A DNA stretch of 62,076 nucleotides, the filler included, from Candidatus Rokuibacteriota bacterium (GTDB taxonomy: Bacteria > JAUVQV01 > DATDCY01), in NCBI GenBank assembly GCA_031406795.1. It is 5 parts of 5 records of this genome, joined end to end, with 100 filler letters (N's around TTAATTAATTAA, not from the genome) between each part and the next. Parts side by side here need not be neighbours in the genome. Positions count along the whole stretch, not along the records: positions 1 to 30,389 come from JANOHV010000206.1; positions 30,490 to 47,502 come from JANOHV010000242.1; 3 more parts are not named here. The stretch is one strand, 5' to 3'. The translations under genes were made by a program, and so were the position numbers. Each line of letters starts with the position of its first letter. Position 1 is the stretch's first letter. Under the pieces are notes generated by a model that made no database searches, was not told the origin of the DNA, and worked only from the letters and a program-made list of their open reading frames with translations. Below, piece by piece: positions 20,101 to 31,579 of the stretch.

Positions 20101-23100
20101 CGCAAAGACGTCCATAGAGCTGAGCATCGGCCTCAGTGGCGTTGATTTGCCGCAGGAGCACCTGATTGTGCGTCCAGGCGAGATCGAAGACGCGATCCGC
20201 GAGATACCGGTCCTGATATTTCTCGACGAGACCCAGACAGACCTCCCGGGTGTCACCGGCGCCGGTGACGAAGTTGATCGTGGCCGCCGCGTCCGGGTCC
20301 AGGGTCACCCGATACCGGATGGCGACAATCGGATCGAGCACCGAACCTGCGCTGCCCGAGAGCGGGGCGGACCCAACCCTGCCGCCCGACGCGGCGGGGC
20401 CGGTCATGGCCTGCGGCTCCGCGACCGTGTTGCCGCGACCGATGAAGCGCAGGCGATCGGTCTCATAGGAAATCTTCCCGGCATCCACCCCGGGGACCGC
20501 CATCATGTGAAACATCCACGGCGCGTGCTCGTCGCGGGAGCGGGGGCGGCGCGTGCAGAGGATCGCCTGCCGCTGCTCGAGGATCTGCGTCTGAACGAAC
20601 AGATTGCTGAAGGCCGGATGCAGCGTGTCCGAGGCGGGCGGCGCCAGCACGACCTCCGCGTAACTGGTGATTTCGATCTCCCGGCGCGTTCTGCCGTGGT
20701 TGGTGATCGTGATCCGGCGCAGCTCGATATCATCTTCGGGAGAAACCGCGATCTCGGTGTGGGTTTCGAAGTCGTGGTCCCGGCGGCGGAACTCGGCCCG
20801 GCCTTCCGAGAAGACCGCTTCGTATTCCTCCGGGCGTTTGAGCGTCGGCTGGAACGCCGCCGACCAGAACTCCCCGCTCGCGACCTCACGGAGATAGCAG
20901 AACGAGCCCCACTCGTCGCGGGTGCTGTCCTCGCGCCAGCGCGTGACGGCGAGGTCCTTCCAGCGGCTGGAGCCGCCGCCGGCGTTCGTGATCATCACGT
21001 GGTATCTGCCGTTCGACAGCAGCTGCACCTGGGGAGACGACGTGTCGGCACTGCTGAACGAACGCACGACCGGCGCCGCCCCGGCGGGGGTCGAGGGGGA
21101 GTCGGCGAGGTCGGTGGTCTGCGAATAGTACCCCGTCGCCCGGGGCACCCGCTCCTGGAGCAGCAGCGCGGTCGCCTGAAACAAGGGGTCCGCCGCGAAG
21201 CGCTTCTGCATCGGCTGGTCCAGCAGCAGCGCGGCCAGGGAGAGGAAGGTCATCCCCTGGTGATGGGCCATGAAGGAGCGGATCACCACGCTCGCCTGTC
21301 TGCGCGGCAGACGTGAAGCGGTGTAATCGATCGCTTCATAAAAGCCGAATTGCCCCATGGCTCCCGCCGCGGCGAGCCGCTGCAGGTTCAGGCACGCCGC
21401 CTCGGGCGCCACCATCAGCGCCAGGGCCGAAGCATACGGCGCGATGACCAGGTCGTCCGCGAGGCCACGCTTGAGTCCCAGGCCGGGTACGCCGAAGGCG
21501 CGGTACTGGTAGTTGAGATGAGCGTCGATCGTGTTGTAGCCGGATTCCGAAATGCCCCAGGGCACCCCGCGCTTGCTGCCGTACTCGATCTGCCGGGCCA
21601 CCGCCGCCTTGCAGGTGGCATCGAGCAGCGTGCGTTCATAGGCCGGCATCACCAGAAGCGGCATCAGGTATTCGAACATCGAGCCGCTCCAGGAAACGAG
21701 GATCGGTTCACCGCCGACGTTCGAGAGCAGTCGCCCCAGGGCGAACCAGCTCTCCTGCGGCAATTGGCCCTGCGCGATCGCGACGAAGGTGCAGAGTCGC
21801 GCCTCCGACGCGAGCAGGTCGTAGTAACTCGTGTCCCGCCGGTGGGCGTCGACGTTGTAGCCGATGGCCAGCAGGTGACTCGCCCGGTCGTACAGGAAGT
21901 CGTACTCCATGCGGCTGAGCTCCCCGGATTGACGCGCCAGCCTTTCGAGCGCGGCGATCCTCCCGACGGCCTGCGGGTTTCCCCGGCGCGCGAGTTCGCG
22001 CAGCGTCGGGATCCCGTCGCCGACGTCGCTGCTCGACGGGGCGAGCAGCAGCAGTTCATCGAGTGCGGCGCGACATTGCGCGGCAAAGGCGCGCGTCCAC
22101 CAGCCGGCCGGGTGCTCCGGGCCGAGGCTCATCCCGTCGATGCCGGCGCGCACCTGCGCTGCGTGCTCCGCGAGCTGTTCGAGCTGCAGCCGCACCGGCG
22201 CCAGCGCAGTCGCCGGTGCAGCGCACGCCGCTTCCAGCGCCTGCTGCAGCCTGGCGAGTGCGGCGGTGACTGCATCGCCGGCACGGGCGTCGGCCGCCGC
22301 GTCGAGCAGAATCCCGAGCGTGTCGCGGAGCCCCGCGAAGACGCGGGGATTCAGGATCGCCTGCTCGGGAAGCGCGAGCAGTCCCTGCCGAAGCGTGAGC
22401 AGATGACCGGCAAGGTTCCCGCTGTCCACGCTCGAAACGTACCGGGGCGAGAGCGGCTTGAGGGATTGGGTGTCGTACCAGTTGAAGAAGTGACCGCGGT
22501 GGCGTTCCAGCGCTTCCATCGTGGCCAGGGCATTGGTCGTGCGCTCGACGAGTTGACCGGCGGAGAGGTAGCCGAAGTCGGCGGCGGCCATGTTCGCGAG
22601 CAACGCGAGTCCCATGTTCGTCGGCGATGTCCGGTGGGCGACGACGGGAGCCGGGTGGTTCTGATAGTTGTCGGGCGGCAGCCAGTGATCGTCAGGGCCG
22701 ACAAACCTCTCGAAAAATGCCCAGGTTTTTCGGGACAGCTTCTGGAGAAAGAGCGTCTGCTCGGGCCGCAGCCGCGCCTTGGTGCGGGCGAACGGCCGGC
22801 TGATCAGCCAGGCGATGACGGGCGAGAAGAACCAGAGGCCCAGCAGGGGGGCGGCCGCCGCCAACGACGCCGGCCACGAATGCGCCAGACAGGCCAGCGT
22901 GGCGGCGGCAATGACCGGGGCGATCCCCATCGAGCGACAGGTGCCCGCGAACCCCTCCGCGTTCTTGCGGCTCGCACGGTCGGCGTCGCCCGACGGACTC
23001 CACTCGAGGAGCCGCCGGTGCGTGATCAACATTCTCCCGATGGTCCGCACGATCGCATCCAGACTGAAATAGGCTTCGTAGGGGAGGAATGCCAGCGTCA

Positions 23101-25903
23101 GGACACCCTGAGCAAGACGGCTGACGGTCGAGCGTCCGACGGTGGCGAGGTGCTGCCCATGACGCAGATCGTCCGGTTTCCGGAGCAGGTCGAGGAACGC
23201 GGCAATCAGGGACGGGATCAGCACGATGCCGAGGACCGTCAGGGTCCAGAACCAGGGCGATGCCAGGACCGACCAGCCCAGCACGAGCAGGGACGCCGCC
23301 GCAGCAGGCGCGAGACTGCGCCGCAGGTTGTCCAGGAGCTTCCAGCGGGACAGAACCGAGAGGGGGTTCTTGTGGCGTCTCCCGTCGGGGCCGGGAACGC
23401 CCGGCAGCAGCCAGCGCAGCAGCTGCCAATCCCCGCGAATCCAGCGGTGCCGGCGGCTCACGTCTGCGTCGTAGCGGCTGGGAAACTCCTCGTAGAGCAT
23501 GACGTCGCTCAGGAGCCCGGCGCGCGCGTAACAGCCCTCGATGAGATCGTGGCTGAGGATCCGGTTCTCGGGGAAACGTCCGCCCACCGCCCGTTCGAAG
23601 GCGTCGACGTCATAGATCCCCTTGCCGATGAAGGAGCCTTCACGGAAGAGGTCCTGGTAGACGTCCGAGACGGCGCGCGTGTACGGGTCGATGCCGGGGT
23701 CGCTTCCGTACAGGCGCGCATAGCGCGAGCGGTTCGTGCCCGGCAGACTCACCGCCACCCGCGGCTGCAGGATGCCGTACCCGGCAACGATGCGCTGCCG
23801 GTCTTCGTCGAAATGCGCACGGTGCAAGGGGTGCGCCATGGCCCCCACGAGCTGGCGCGCCGAATCGCGCGGCAGCTGCGTATCCGTGTCCAGGGTGATC
23901 ACGTACCTGACCGTCGTCAGCACCGCAGTCTCGCCGATGATGAGCGAGAAGCGCTCCCGCGCGCGAGCAGCGGTCCCGTCCTCGCTTTTGCCGCGCAACA
24001 GGGAGTTCAATGCCGAGAGTTTCCCGCGCTTGCGCTCGTAACCCATCCAGACCCGCTCCCGGGGATTCCAGCGGCGGGGGCGGTGAAAAAGGCAGAACGG
24101 GGCGCCGTGCGGGCTCCGGTACTTCTGATTCAGTGCCTCGATCCTCCGGCGGGCCAGCAGAACGAGCGGTCCGTCCGCCGCCAGGGTCTCCTCGGCCGCA
24201 TCCTGCAGGTCGGTGAGCAGGCCGAAGAGCAGGTTCTCGTCGCGATTCGCGAGGAACCGCACCTCCAGCGCCTCCACGAGGTCCTCGATGCCCGGGGCGC
24301 TGACGAGCATGGTCGGGACAACGGCGAGGGTCCGCGCTTCGGGCGGGATGCCCTTGGAAAAGTCCATGCGCGGCAGTTGCTGCGGGCCGACCAGCAGCGT
24401 CGCCAGCCAGTTCGCCACGGCTACCGCGAGCTGGCTGGTGCAGAGCACCGCGAGGATGCCGGTTGCCGCGAGCAGCCAATGCGACAAGCCGGCATGGTGC
24501 GCCCGGGCGAGCAAACCTGCGCTGAGGAGCGCCGTCAGCAGCGTGATCGCGCCCAGATACAGGGGCACCGGGAACCGGGAGCCCACACTCCGGAGGACTG
24601 CGGTGGGCGGTGCTCGCACCCCGGCCAGCATTTCAAGCTGCGAGACTCCCTGGTCGACGAGGTAATAGCCCACGTGAGCCGCCCGCCGATCGTCGCCCGG
24701 CGCGCCGTCGCCCCCGGACGCGCTCTGCCGGGCGAGCCGGATCGCCGCGGCCGCCACCTCGCTCTCCGAGAGCCGGCCGCCCTTGGCGATTCTTTCAACC
24801 ACGTGTCGGTACTGGTCGCGCGTCGAGAAATCCATGTTGCCGTAGGTCCCGTCGCCGTCCTCGCGCAGGGTCTGCTCGACCGCGCTCATCGTCTCGACGA
24901 ACGCGCGCCAGTCCATCGTGCCGAGGAACCGGAGGCTGCCGATGCTGTTGCTCATCGAGACCTGATCCGCGGCTTGCTGTTGGCTCTCCGACTGCACCAG
25001 ATGGTCGATCGTCATGCTGGACTCGGAGAGCCGCTGTTCTACCCAGGTGAGCGGCATGGCCAGCGCCAGCCCACGGCCCTGAAGCCGGCGGGCAAATTCC
25101 GCAACGAACGCGCTCTTCAGCGGCGGGTTCGAGCGCGCCATGTCCGCGATGACCAGAATCAGGCTCTTGGGGTCTTTGCCGGCGACCTCGAGGATCCGGT
25201 CCGCCCAGTGATCGGCCTGGTTGCGGTCGAGCCGGTCGGCCGCGATCCGCGCCCCGATGCGACGGAGGTTTTCGATCAACGCGAGCCTCAGCATGATGGG
25301 GATGGCCCACAACTCCCCCAGCTTCAGGACGGAGACGCTCTGGTAGGCGGCAACCAACCTGCTGAGGCTCTGCGGGTCGATCCGTCCGTCGCTGTGCGAA
25401 ATCGTCTCCAGCGCAATGTCATACACGCGCGGCAGCCCGGCCGATGGGCAGTCCCGCAGCTGAGGCAGCTCGCGGCTGTAGCCTTTCGGCAGGTGTCTCC
25501 TGGCCGTACGGATCTGCTCTTCGATCAGGTAGAAGTTGTCGAGCAGCCAGTCGCCGGCCGGCGTGATCCGGCGATCGGTCAGAAGCGCCTCCAGCAGCAG
25601 GCTGCGGGTCGCGGTGAGGATGGCTTCATTCTCGGCCAGCCGCGCCAGAAGCTGGTCGGGAGAATGGCCCGGGCTCAGCTGGTGCCGGCCGGCCAGAACC
25701 CTGCCATGCAGCTCCATCTGGTCGCTGCTGAAGAGCTCCGACCGCAACGGCGGCTCGGAAACGGCGAACTTCTGCGCCAGGTCCGTGCCGCAGAAGAGCG
25801 TACGCAACCGCGGCCGGCTGCCGGGAAAGGCCTTGTTGCCGGTCTTCAACGATGAGGTCTCCTGTTTTCTGAAGGTGCTTGCCATTCTCGAGATCGAGTT
25901 CAC
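17174..25903 (-). CDS. ndvB: cyclic beta-1,2-glucan synthase (GT84 + glucoamylase-like + GH94 domains; Cgs/NdvB/ChvB type)
   Basis: [82 protein letters not shown]; 2909 aa; exact start uncertain. Confidence 0.93.
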   Translation of the reverse strand: MNSISRMASTFRKQETSSLKTGNKAFPGSRPRLRTLFCGTDLAQKFAVSEPPLRSELFSSDQMELHGRVLAGRHQLSPGHSPDQLLARLAENEAILTATRSLLLEALLTDRRITPAGDWLLDNFYLIEEQIRTARRHLPKGYSRELPQLRDCPSAGLPRVYDIALETISHSDGRIDPQSLSRLVAAYQSVSVLKLGELWAIPIMLRLALIENLRRIGARIAADRLDRNQADHWADRILEVAGKDPKSLILVIADMARSNPPLKSAFVAEFARRLQGRGLALAMPLTWVEQRLSESSMTIDHLVQSESQQQAADQVSMSNSIGSLRFLGTMDWRAFVETMSAVEQTLREDGDGTYGNMDFSTRDQYRHVVERIAKGGRLSESEVAAAAIRLARQSASGGDGAPGDDRRAAHVGYYLVDQGVSQLEMLAGVRAPPTAVLRSVGSRFPVPLYLGAITLLTALLSAGLLARAHHAGLSHWLLAATGILAVLCTSQLAVAVANWLATLLVGPQQLPRMDFSKGIPPEARTLAVVPTMLVSAPGIEDLVEALEVRFLANRDENLLFGLLTDLQDAAEETLAADGPLVLLARRRIEALNQKYRSPHGAPFCLFHRPRRWNPRERVWMGYERKRGKLSALNSLLRGKSEDGTAARARERFSLIIGETAVLTTVRYVITLDTDTQLPRDSARQLVGAMAHPLHRAHFDEDRQRIVAGYGILQPRVAVSLPGTNRSRYARLYGSDPGIDPYTRAVSDVYQDLFREGSFIGKGIYDVDAFERAVGGRFPENRILSHDLIEGCYARAGLLSDVMLYEEFPSRYDADVSRRHRWIRGDWQLLRWLLPGVPGPDGRRHKNPLSVLSRWKLLDNLRRSLAPAAAASLLVLGWSVLASPWFWTLTVLGIVLIPSLIAAFLDLLRKPDDLRHGQHLATVGRSTVSRLAQGVLTLAFLPYEAYFSLDAIVRTIGRMLITHRRLLEWSPSGDADRASRKNAEGFAGTCRSMGIAPVIAAATLACLAHSWPASLAAAAPLLGLWFFSPVIAWLISRPFARTKARLRPEQTLFLQKLSRKTWAFFERFVGPDDHWLPPDNYQNHPAPVVAHRTSPTNMGLALLANMAAADFGYLSAGQLVERTTNALATMEALERHRGHFFNWYDTQSLKPLSPRYVSSVDSGNLAGHLLTLRQGLLALPEQAILNPRVFAGLRDTLGILLDAAADARAGDAVTAALARLQQALEAACAAPATALAPVRLQLEQLAEHAAQVRAGIDGMSLGPEHPAGWWTRAFAAQCRAALDELLLLAPSSSDVGDGIPTLRELARRGNPQAVGRIAALERLARQSGELSRMEYDFLYDRASHLLAIGYNVDAHRRDTSYYDLLASEARLCTFVAIAQGQLPQESWFALGRLLSNVGGEPILVSWSGSMFEYLMPLLVMPAYERTLLDATCKAAVARQIEYGSKRGVPWGISESGYNTIDAHLNYQYRAFGVPGLGLKRGLADDLVIAPYASALALMVAPEAACLNLQRLAAAGAMGQFGFYEAIDYTASRLPRRQASVVIRSFMAHHQGMTFLSLAALLLDQPMQKRFAADPLFQATALLLQERVPRATGYYSQTTDLADSPSTPAGAAPVVRSFSSADTSSPQVQLLSNGRYHVMITNAGGGSSRWKDLAVTRWREDSTRDEWGSFCYLREVASGEFWSAAFQPTLKRPEEYEAVFSEGRAEFRRRDHDFETHTEIAVSPEDDIELRRITITNHGRTRREIEITSYAEVVLAPPASDTLHPAFSNLFVQTQILEQRQAILCTRRPRSRDEHAPWMFHMMAVPGVDAGKISYETDRLRFIGRGNTVAEPQAMTGPAASGGRVGSAPLSGSAGSVLDPIVAIRYRVTLDPDAAATINFVTGAGDTREVCLGLVEKYQDRYLADRVFDLAWTHNQVLLRQINATEADAQLYGRLCGSVIYANASLRADPGLIVANRRGQSGLWGYAISGDLPIVLLRIGDPANIELVRQLVQAHTYWRLKGLAVDLVIWNEDHAGYRQLLQERIMGLIAAGVETTMSSRPGGIFVRPIDQISSEDRVLFKTVSRAIISDSFGALADQINRRDSEPPLVPRLAQTRSRRAPTSTAAAIPLSDLLFFNGLGGFTHDGREYVITTTRGEVTPAPWVNVIANPQFGTVISESGGAYTWSENAHEFRLTPWYNDPVSDASGEAFYLRDEESGHYWSPTPLPRRGVTHYVSRHGFGYSVFEHTEDGVSSEMWVYVAPDAPIKFTVLKVRNNSGRSRSLSATGYVEWVLGDLRPKTAMHVSTEIDPKTGALFGRNPYHTEFADRTAFFDVDEASRSVSGDRTEFLGRNGSLRNPAALTRVRLSGRVGAALDPCAAIQVPFELAPGQEREIIFRLGVGRDSYDAGRLVRRFRGSAAAREALERVWHYWNHTLGAVQVETPDDSVNVLANGWLLYQTLACRLWARSGYYQSGGAFGFRDQLQDGMALVHAEPQLVRDHLLLSAAHQFREGDVQHWWHPPAGRGVRTHCSDDLLWLPLAVCRYVLTTGDTGVLDETVRFIEGRAVGKDEDSYYDLPHASEEAASLYEHCVRAINRGLTSGAHGLPLIGTGDWNDGMNMVGAHGKGESVWLGFFLHAVFGEFGEIARRRGDLSFSGRCREEAARLRGNLEEHGWDGGWYRRAYFDDGSPLGSADNAECQIDSIAQSWSVLSGAGDAGRARTAMDALDKRLVRRDQGLIQLLDPPFDTSSLNPGYIKGYVPGVRENGGQYTHAAIWAAMAFAALGDRSRAWELLTMINPVHHAGSPEDVARYKAEPYVVAADVYAVFPHTGRGGWSWYTGSAGWLYRLIMESLLGLRREGERLRLAPCLPADWPAFKIHYRYRETVYHIAVRQSSDGSPGLSVDGVEQPDGAIALVDDHQEHEVEVRLAPGA

Positions 25904-26054
25904 GCGGCTGGTTCCGGCACTCTCAAGCTTGTCCGGAGAAAGGCCGTCCTCGAGAATCGTTTCCCGGGCCGCGATCCAGTCATGCTGAAGTAATAATCCT
26001 CCTTGCAGGCGAATTGCGCAACGGGCGGCATCGATATTCGACGGTCCGCACCTA

Positions 26055-26256
26055 GATCCGCGCGTACGCGCGGATCCAGCAGAACAGCAGGCATCTCAAC
26101 TCACCGGGAAGAGCCTGATTTCGCTCACGAGGAGCAGGGGGGCAGCGGTCAAGCAACGCTTGCAGCGAACCGCACGGTCCGGCATGAACCACCAGACACG
26201 AAAAACAAGACCAGTCAACAAGCCTGCCTCAGCTGATCCGCGCGTTACGCGCGGAT
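26055..26256. repeat. ~200-bp palindrome-bounded intergenic element, copy 2
   Basis: GATCCGCGCGTACGCGCGGATC (26055-26076) and GATCCGCGCGTTACGCGCGGAT (26235-26256); same orientation as copy 1. Confidence 0.85.
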
Positions 26257-26590
26257 TTGGGCCGCACATCGACTCTTGCGCATCGCGGCCGGCCGGCCGC
26301 GCACGGAAACGGACATCTGCACAAAAAGCAGTTTCGTTATGTTGGATGTTTCGAAATTGCATTACGTGACAACAGCCCCGCCGTCAGCGATGCAGCGTTC
26401 ATGGCAACTCTTGGATCTTGTTGTATTCCTGCCGCGAGAAAGACAGATCGAGAAGCGGTGATCCGGAGTGGTCGTCTCATTAAGGGGCTCAACAGCCCGA
26501 GCCTGAGTTTCCGATTTCTGCGCCGACCGTATATGATATCGACAGCATTTCCGACAGTTGCGTGTTCCGCTCGGCGTGCAGGCCAGCCGA

Positions 26591-26606
26591 CGGCACGATT
26601 GATGCA
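26591..26606 (+). promoter_or_regulatory. putative sigma54 promoter of cti
   Basis: CGGCACGATTGATGCA = GG-N10-GC, about 28 nt before the ATG at 26635. Confidence 0.55.
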
Positions 26607-26634
26607 GGCAGAGATTGCAGGGGGGGCGTGTGCG

Positions 26635-29001
26635 ATGAGGGACAAAGCCGACGGGCAGATCCGTCTGGTTCTGGTGACGATCGGGCTGCTCGCCGGCTGT
26701 GCCGTGGCGCCGCCGGTTCCGGTGGCTTTCAACGCGCCGGCCCGGACGATCGATTTTCTGCAGGAGGTCAAACCGCTGCTCGACAAGCGCTGCGTCGTCT
26801 GCCACTCCTGCTACAACTCGCCCTGCCAGCTCAAGCTGGACTCGTTCGAAGGCGCGGACCGTGGAGCGACGAAAAAGGCGATCTACAACGCCTCGCGGCT
26901 GAGGACCATGGATCCGACGCGGCTCTTCACCGACGCCCGAAGCACCGAAGAGTGGCGCAGCAAGTCGTTCTTCAGCGTCACCGACAGCAATGCGTCGGGT
27001 GGATTGAACGATTCCACGATGATCGAATTGCTCTCCCACAAGATGAAGAACCCGGAGAGCGTCGGCGAGTACCGTGCGGAAGCGGAAGACCTGACCTGCG
27101 CCGAGAACGGGAAGGAGCTCGGGGAATACCTCGAAAAGCACCCGAACCGCGGCATGCCCTTCGGCTTCCCTCCATTGAAGCAGGAAGAGTTCGAGCTCCT
27201 GGCGGGCTGGCTGGTCCAGGGCGCGAGAGGACCGGCCGCGGCCGAACAGCTGGAACTCGTCTCGCCAACGGCGGCGGATGCGTTGGCCATCGCGCAGTGG
27301 GAAGCTTTCTTCAACCAGGACGACGCCAAGCACGCCATGACCGCTCGCTACCTCTACGAGCATCTCTTTCTGGCGCATCTGAACTTCGGCGGCGCGAGCC
27401 CCGACTTCTTCGAGCTGGTCCGTTCGCGGACCGCACCGGGCGAGCCGCTCGACCTCGTCGCCACCGTGCGCCCGTATGACGACCCGGGCGCGACTCGCGT
27501 CTATTATCGCTTCCGGAAGATCCACGCCACGATCGTCGTGAAGACGCACCTGGTGTTCGTGCTGGACGATGCGAAGCTGCAACGCTTCGACGAGTTGTTC
27601 ATTGCGCCCGAATGGCTGCAGCCCCCGCACCCGGTGGGATATGACCCGAGGCTGAGCGCCAATCCCTTCGCGGCGTTCGAGCAGATCCCCCCGCGTTCGC
27701 GCTACCAGTTCCTGCTCGACAATGTGAACTACATCATCATGAGCTTCATTCACGGTCCGGTCTGCAAAGGTCAGATCGCGCTCAATGTGCTCGACGATCA
27801 TTTCTGGGTCATGTTCGTGGACCCCGACCACGACTTGAGCGTCGCCTATCCGGCATTCCTGAAACTGCACTACGACAAACTGCGCCTGCCCACGGAGAAA
27901 GGGAGCGACTTCGGCATCTTCGACGCGCTGACCGATGAGTACCGCAAAGCCGCGGTGGAATTCTACCGGGTTCGCCAGGACTTCTACACGGCGCACAACT
28001 ACCGCGGTCTCGGTTATGAGTCCATCTGGAAGGGTGCGGTCTCCTCGGACACCCCGGCGCTCACCATCTATCGCCATTTCGAGAGCGCGTCCGTGCACCG
28101 CGGACTGCTCGGCAACCTGCCGAAAACCATGTGGGTCGTCGATTTCCCGCTGCTGGAGCGGGTCTACTATGGGCTCGTCGCCGGTTTCGACGTCTACGGC
28201 ACGGCCGGACACCAGCTGGCGCTGCGCAACTACATGGACGAGCTGCGCGTCGAAGGGGAGAGCTACTTCCTGGATTTTCTGCCCCCCTCGCTGCGGCGGG
28301 AGATCATGCAGTCCTGGTACCGGGATGTCGATCTCGAGAAGATGCACTATTACCCGACCGCGCTGCCCGCGAAGATCCCCTTCGTCACCACGGAGCCGCA
28401 GCGCGAGTTCATCGAGGCGCTCGTGAACGATCATCTCGCGCCCGCCGCGAAGATCGGCTTCGACCCGGTGAACTATCTGCGGGCGGGAGAGGTCTATCCC
28501 GGCTTGCCGGGAAAACCTGAAGCTGCGATCGACTACCTGCGGGCCTTGCGCGTTCTGACCCAGCCCGGCAGGCCCTTCCTCGCTTTGGTCGACGACTTCA
28601 ACGCCAACCTGGCCTACCTGAGAATCCGCCTGAAGAGCGGCCGGGATGTCGCCTGCTCGATCGTGGTCAATCGCTGGCACGACAACGTCGCGTACCTGTT
28701 CGGCGAGAGCGGCGCGCTTGACGCGTCGAAGGACAGCGCCGATTTCATCCCGGGCCTCGTCGGCTCCTACCCGAACTACTTCTTCGACGTCCGGGAAGAG
28801 GATTTCCCGGACTTCATCGATCTGCTCGCGCATTTCGAGAAGGGCCCGAGAGACCTCGAACGACTGTCACGGTACGGCGTCAACCGGGCCGACGAGAGAC
28901 TGTGGGAGGCCTACGACTGGTTTCAGAAACGCTTTTTGGAGGATGAGCCGACGGACGGCGGGCTCTTCGACTTGAACCGGTACTACCACTATGCGCGCTG
29001 A
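26635..29001 (+). CDS. cti: fatty acid cis/trans isomerase (cytochrome c-type lipoprotein)
   Basis: Lipobox LLAGC; RCVVCHSCYNSPCQLKL heme motif; RYLYEHLFLAHL, FIHGPVCKGQIALNV, GLFDLNRY. Confidence 0.92.
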   Translation: MRDKADGQIRLVLVTIGLLAGCAVAPPVPVAFNAPARTIDFLQEVKPLLDKRCVVCHSCYNSPCQLKLDSFEGADRGATKKAIYNASRLRTMDPTRLFTDARSTEEWRSKSFFSVTDSNASGGLNDSTMIELLSHKMKNPESVGEYRAEAEDLTCAENGKELGEYLEKHPNRGMPFGFPPLKQEEFELLAGWLVQGARGPAAAEQLELVSPTAADALAIAQWEAFFNQDDAKHAMTARYLYEHLFLAHLNFGGASPDFFELVRSRTAPGEPLDLVATVRPYDDPGATRVYYRFRKIHATIVVKTHLVFVLDDAKLQRFDELFIAPEWLQPPHPVGYDPRLSANPFAAFEQIPPRSRYQFLLDNVNYIIMSFIHGPVCKGQIALNVLDDHFWVMFVDPDHDLSVAYPAFLKLHYDKLRLPTEKGSDFGIFDALTDEYRKAAVEFYRVRQDFYTAHNYRGLGYESIWKGAVSSDTPALTIYRHFESASVHRGLLGNLPKTMWVVDFPLLERVYYGLVAGFDVYGTAGHQLALRNYMDELRVEGESYFLDFLPPSLRREIMQSWYRDVDLEKMHYYPTALPAKIPFVTTEPQREFIEALVNDHLAPAAKIGFDPVNYLRAGEVYPGLPGKPEAAIDYLRALRVLTQPGRPFLALVDDFNANLAYLRIRLKSGRDVACSIVVNRWHDNVAYLFGESGALDASKDSADFIPGLVGSYPNYFFDVREEDFPDFIDLLAHFEKGPRDLERLSRYGVNRADERLWEAYDWFQKRFLEDEPTDGGLFDLNRYYHYAR

Positions 29002-29079
29002 GAGCGCCGCCCCGCGGTTGAGACGCCAACCCTGGTTCAGGGTGAACCCAAGGCCGCACCGAGAGCAGGGAGACGGAAG

Positions 29080-30389
29080 ATGCCCGGGATAAGCACCGAA
29101 GCCAGCGCCCAGGAATACTCGGAAAGTATCGTCAATACCGTACGAGAGCCCCTGATCGTTCTGGATCAGGACCTGCGGGTCGTATCCGCGAGTCGCTCCT
29201 TCTATGAAGTGTTCAAGGTGAATCCCGAGCAGACCGTGGGGCAGCTCATCTACGACCTGGGAAACAGGCAGTGGGATATCCCCAAGCTCCGGGAGCTGCT
29301 GGAAACCATCCTTCCCCTGAAGGCGACCTTCGACGACTATGAGGTCGAACACGATTTCGCCTCGATCGGCAGGCGCGTCATGCTGTTGAATGCCCGGAGG
29401 ATCCCCCGCCCGCCGGAAAAGCCGAGAGTCATCCTGCTGGCGATCGAGGATATCACCCAGCGCAAGAGACGGGACGAGACGTATCATCGGTTGGCGGCGA
29501 TCGTCAACACTTCCCTTGACGGCATCATCGGCAAAGACTTGCACGGCGATGTGACGAGCTGGAACAAGGCGGCCGAGCGAATCTACGGTTATACGGAAGA
29601 GGAGATGCGGGGCAAGAACATTTCTCTGCTGGCGCCTCCCGGGTATGAAGACGAAATACGCAACCAGATCAAGAGACTGCAAGACGGGGAAGCGATCGCC
29701 AATTACGAAACGAAGCGTCTGCGGAAAGACGGGGCCGTGATCGACATCTCGTTGACGCTATCATCGATCCAGGACGCGTCGGGCAGTGTCCGCGGCGTGT
29801 CGGCGATCATGCACGATATCACCGAGCAGAAAAAGGCGAAGCAGGTGCTGATGGTCAGTGAATACGCCGAGAGCATCATCAACACCGTGCGGGAGCCGCT
29901 GATCGTTCTGGACCAGGATTTGCGGGTGGTGACCGTCAGCCGCAGCTTCTACGACGTCTTCAAGGCCAATCCCGAGGAGACGGTGGGGCAGTTGATCTAC
30001 GACCTGGGGAACAAGCAGTGGGATATCCCCAAGTTGCGGGAGCTGCTGGAGGACATCCTGCCCAAGAAGGCGACCTTCGACAATTACGAGGTCGAACACG
30101 TCTTTTCCGCCATCGGCCGACGCGTCATGCTGCTGAACGCCCGACAGATTCTCAGGGGAAAAGGTAAGGAGCGGATCATCCTGCTGGCCATCGAGGACAT
30201 CACCGAGCGCAAGGTGATAGAGGCCGGTCTGGAAAAAACCCGCAAAGAACTCGAAGTTATCAAGAAAACCGCGGATGAAGTCAGTGAATTCGCCGAGAGT
30301 GTCATCAACACCGTGCGTGAACCCCTGATTTCGCTGGATCAAGACCTCAGGGTGGTCACCGTCAGCCGTTCCTTCTATGAATTCTTCAA
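29080..30389 (+). CDS. multi-PAS sensor protein (truncated by contig end)
   Basis: Three repeats of ESIxNTVREPLIxLDQDLRVV plus a canonical PAS (DGIIGKDLHGDVTSWNKAAERIYGY). Confidence 0.85.
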
Positions 30390-30489
30390 NNNNNNNNNNN
30401 NNNNNNNNNNNNNNNNNNNNNNNNNNNNNNNNNTTAATTAATTAANNNNNNNNNNNNNNNNNNNNNNNNNNNNNNNNNNNNNNNNNNNN
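30390..30489. other. artificial contig linker
   Basis: N-run containing TTAATTAATTAA (stops in all frames). Confidence 0.97.
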
Positions 30490-31536
30490 GCCCTGGGATT
30501 TGCGTTGTCTTTCGCCTGTACGGTTTTTCCGCCTTTCTTCTCGGCTATCGGTATCCCCGCCATTCTCGACATCGTCTTCTATCCGCTCTTCAAGCGGCTC
30601 AAGCGACTCTTCGGCGGGCGCCGGGTCCTCGCGGCTTTCGTCACCGTCCTCGTGGTCGTGCTCAGCGTCATTCTGCCGCTCGTCGGGATGGGCATCCTGT
30701 TCACCAAGCAGGCCCTCGATCTCTACCAGGGACTGAGCCTCAAGGCCCAGGACGGCAGCCTGGACGCCATCCTGCAATTCCGGAACTGGTCGGCGGTCGA
30801 GGGCTGGCTTGCCGCGCACGCCCCCTGGCTCGACACTCAGGCCCTCAACCTCAAGGGGGTGTTCCTGAACTTCCTCCAGAAGCTCAGCGGCTACGGCGTC
30901 GCCTTCGGCACCGCCGTGGCCTCGAACGTGCTCTCGACCGTCGGCACCTTCGCCGTGGTGCTCTTCTCGCTGTTCTTCGTGCTGCTCGACGGGGCGGCGT
31001 TCGCCGAGTACGCCTGGGGGCTGGCGCCGCTCCACGAGAAACACCGGGGCATCCTCTCCCGCACCTTCGTCGGGATCATCAAGTCGGCCGTCCTGGGCAG
31101 CGGCGTCGTCGGCGTCGTCCAGGGGGTGCTGGGCGGGCTGGCCTTCATGCTCGTCGGGTTCCCCGGCGTGCTCTGGGGCTTCGTCATGGCGTTCACGAGC
31201 CTGGTGCCGGTCATCGGCACGGCGGTCGTCTGGGTGCCGGCGGGGCTCGTGCTGCTGCTCCAGGGACACACCGGCGCGGGTCTCTTCATCCTGGTCTGGG
31301 GCGCGGTGGTCATCTCGAACGCCGACAACGTGATCCGGATCTTCGTGGTCAAGGGGCCGGTGCGGATGCACCCGCTGCTGCTCTTTTTCGCGATCATGGG
31401 CGGGCTCAACCTCGCGGGGCTCCTCGGGGTCGTCTACGGGCCGCTCGTGCTCGCGATGGTGCAGGCGCTGCTCGAAATCTTCCGCGTCCAGTTCATCGAG
31501 CGGCATGCGTCGGCCGCAACGCCGCTGCAGCCTTGA
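30490..31536 (+). CDS. AI-2E family transporter (5' truncated)
   Basis: Multi-TM; SLVPVIGTAVVWVP, DNVIR, MHPLLLFFAIMGG..GLLGVVYGP. Confidence 0.88.
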   Translation, partial: ALGFALSFACTVFPPFFSAIGIPAILDIVFYPLFKRLKRLFGGRRVLAAFVTVLVVVLSVILPLVGMGILFTKQALDLYQGLSLKAQDGSLDAILQFRNWSAVEGWLAAHAPWLDTQALNLKGVFLNFLQKLSGYGVAFGTAVASNVLSTVGTFAVVLFSLFFVLLDGAAFAEYAWGLAPLHEKHRGILSRTFVGIIKSAVLGSGVVGVVQGVLGGLAFMLVGFPGVLWGFVMAFTSLVPVIGTAVVWVPAGLVLLLQGHTGAGLFILVWGAVVISNADNVIRIFVVKGPVRMHPLLLFFAIMGGLNLAGLLGVVYGPLVLAMVQALLEIFRVQFIERHASAATPLQP

Positions 31537-31579
31537 ACATGGTCATGAACGCGCGGCGCAGCACCGGTCGCACCTGCCC

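Noticed and set aside
21350-25855. 1501-aa plus-strand ORF
   Set aside because: Antisense shadow of the glucan synthase, typical of high-GC DNA.
25900-25983. 27-codon upstream ORF whose stop overlaps the glucan synthase GTG
   Set aside because: The AAGGAGG lies 14 nt from its ATG and the peptide has no features; cannot be distinguished from chance.
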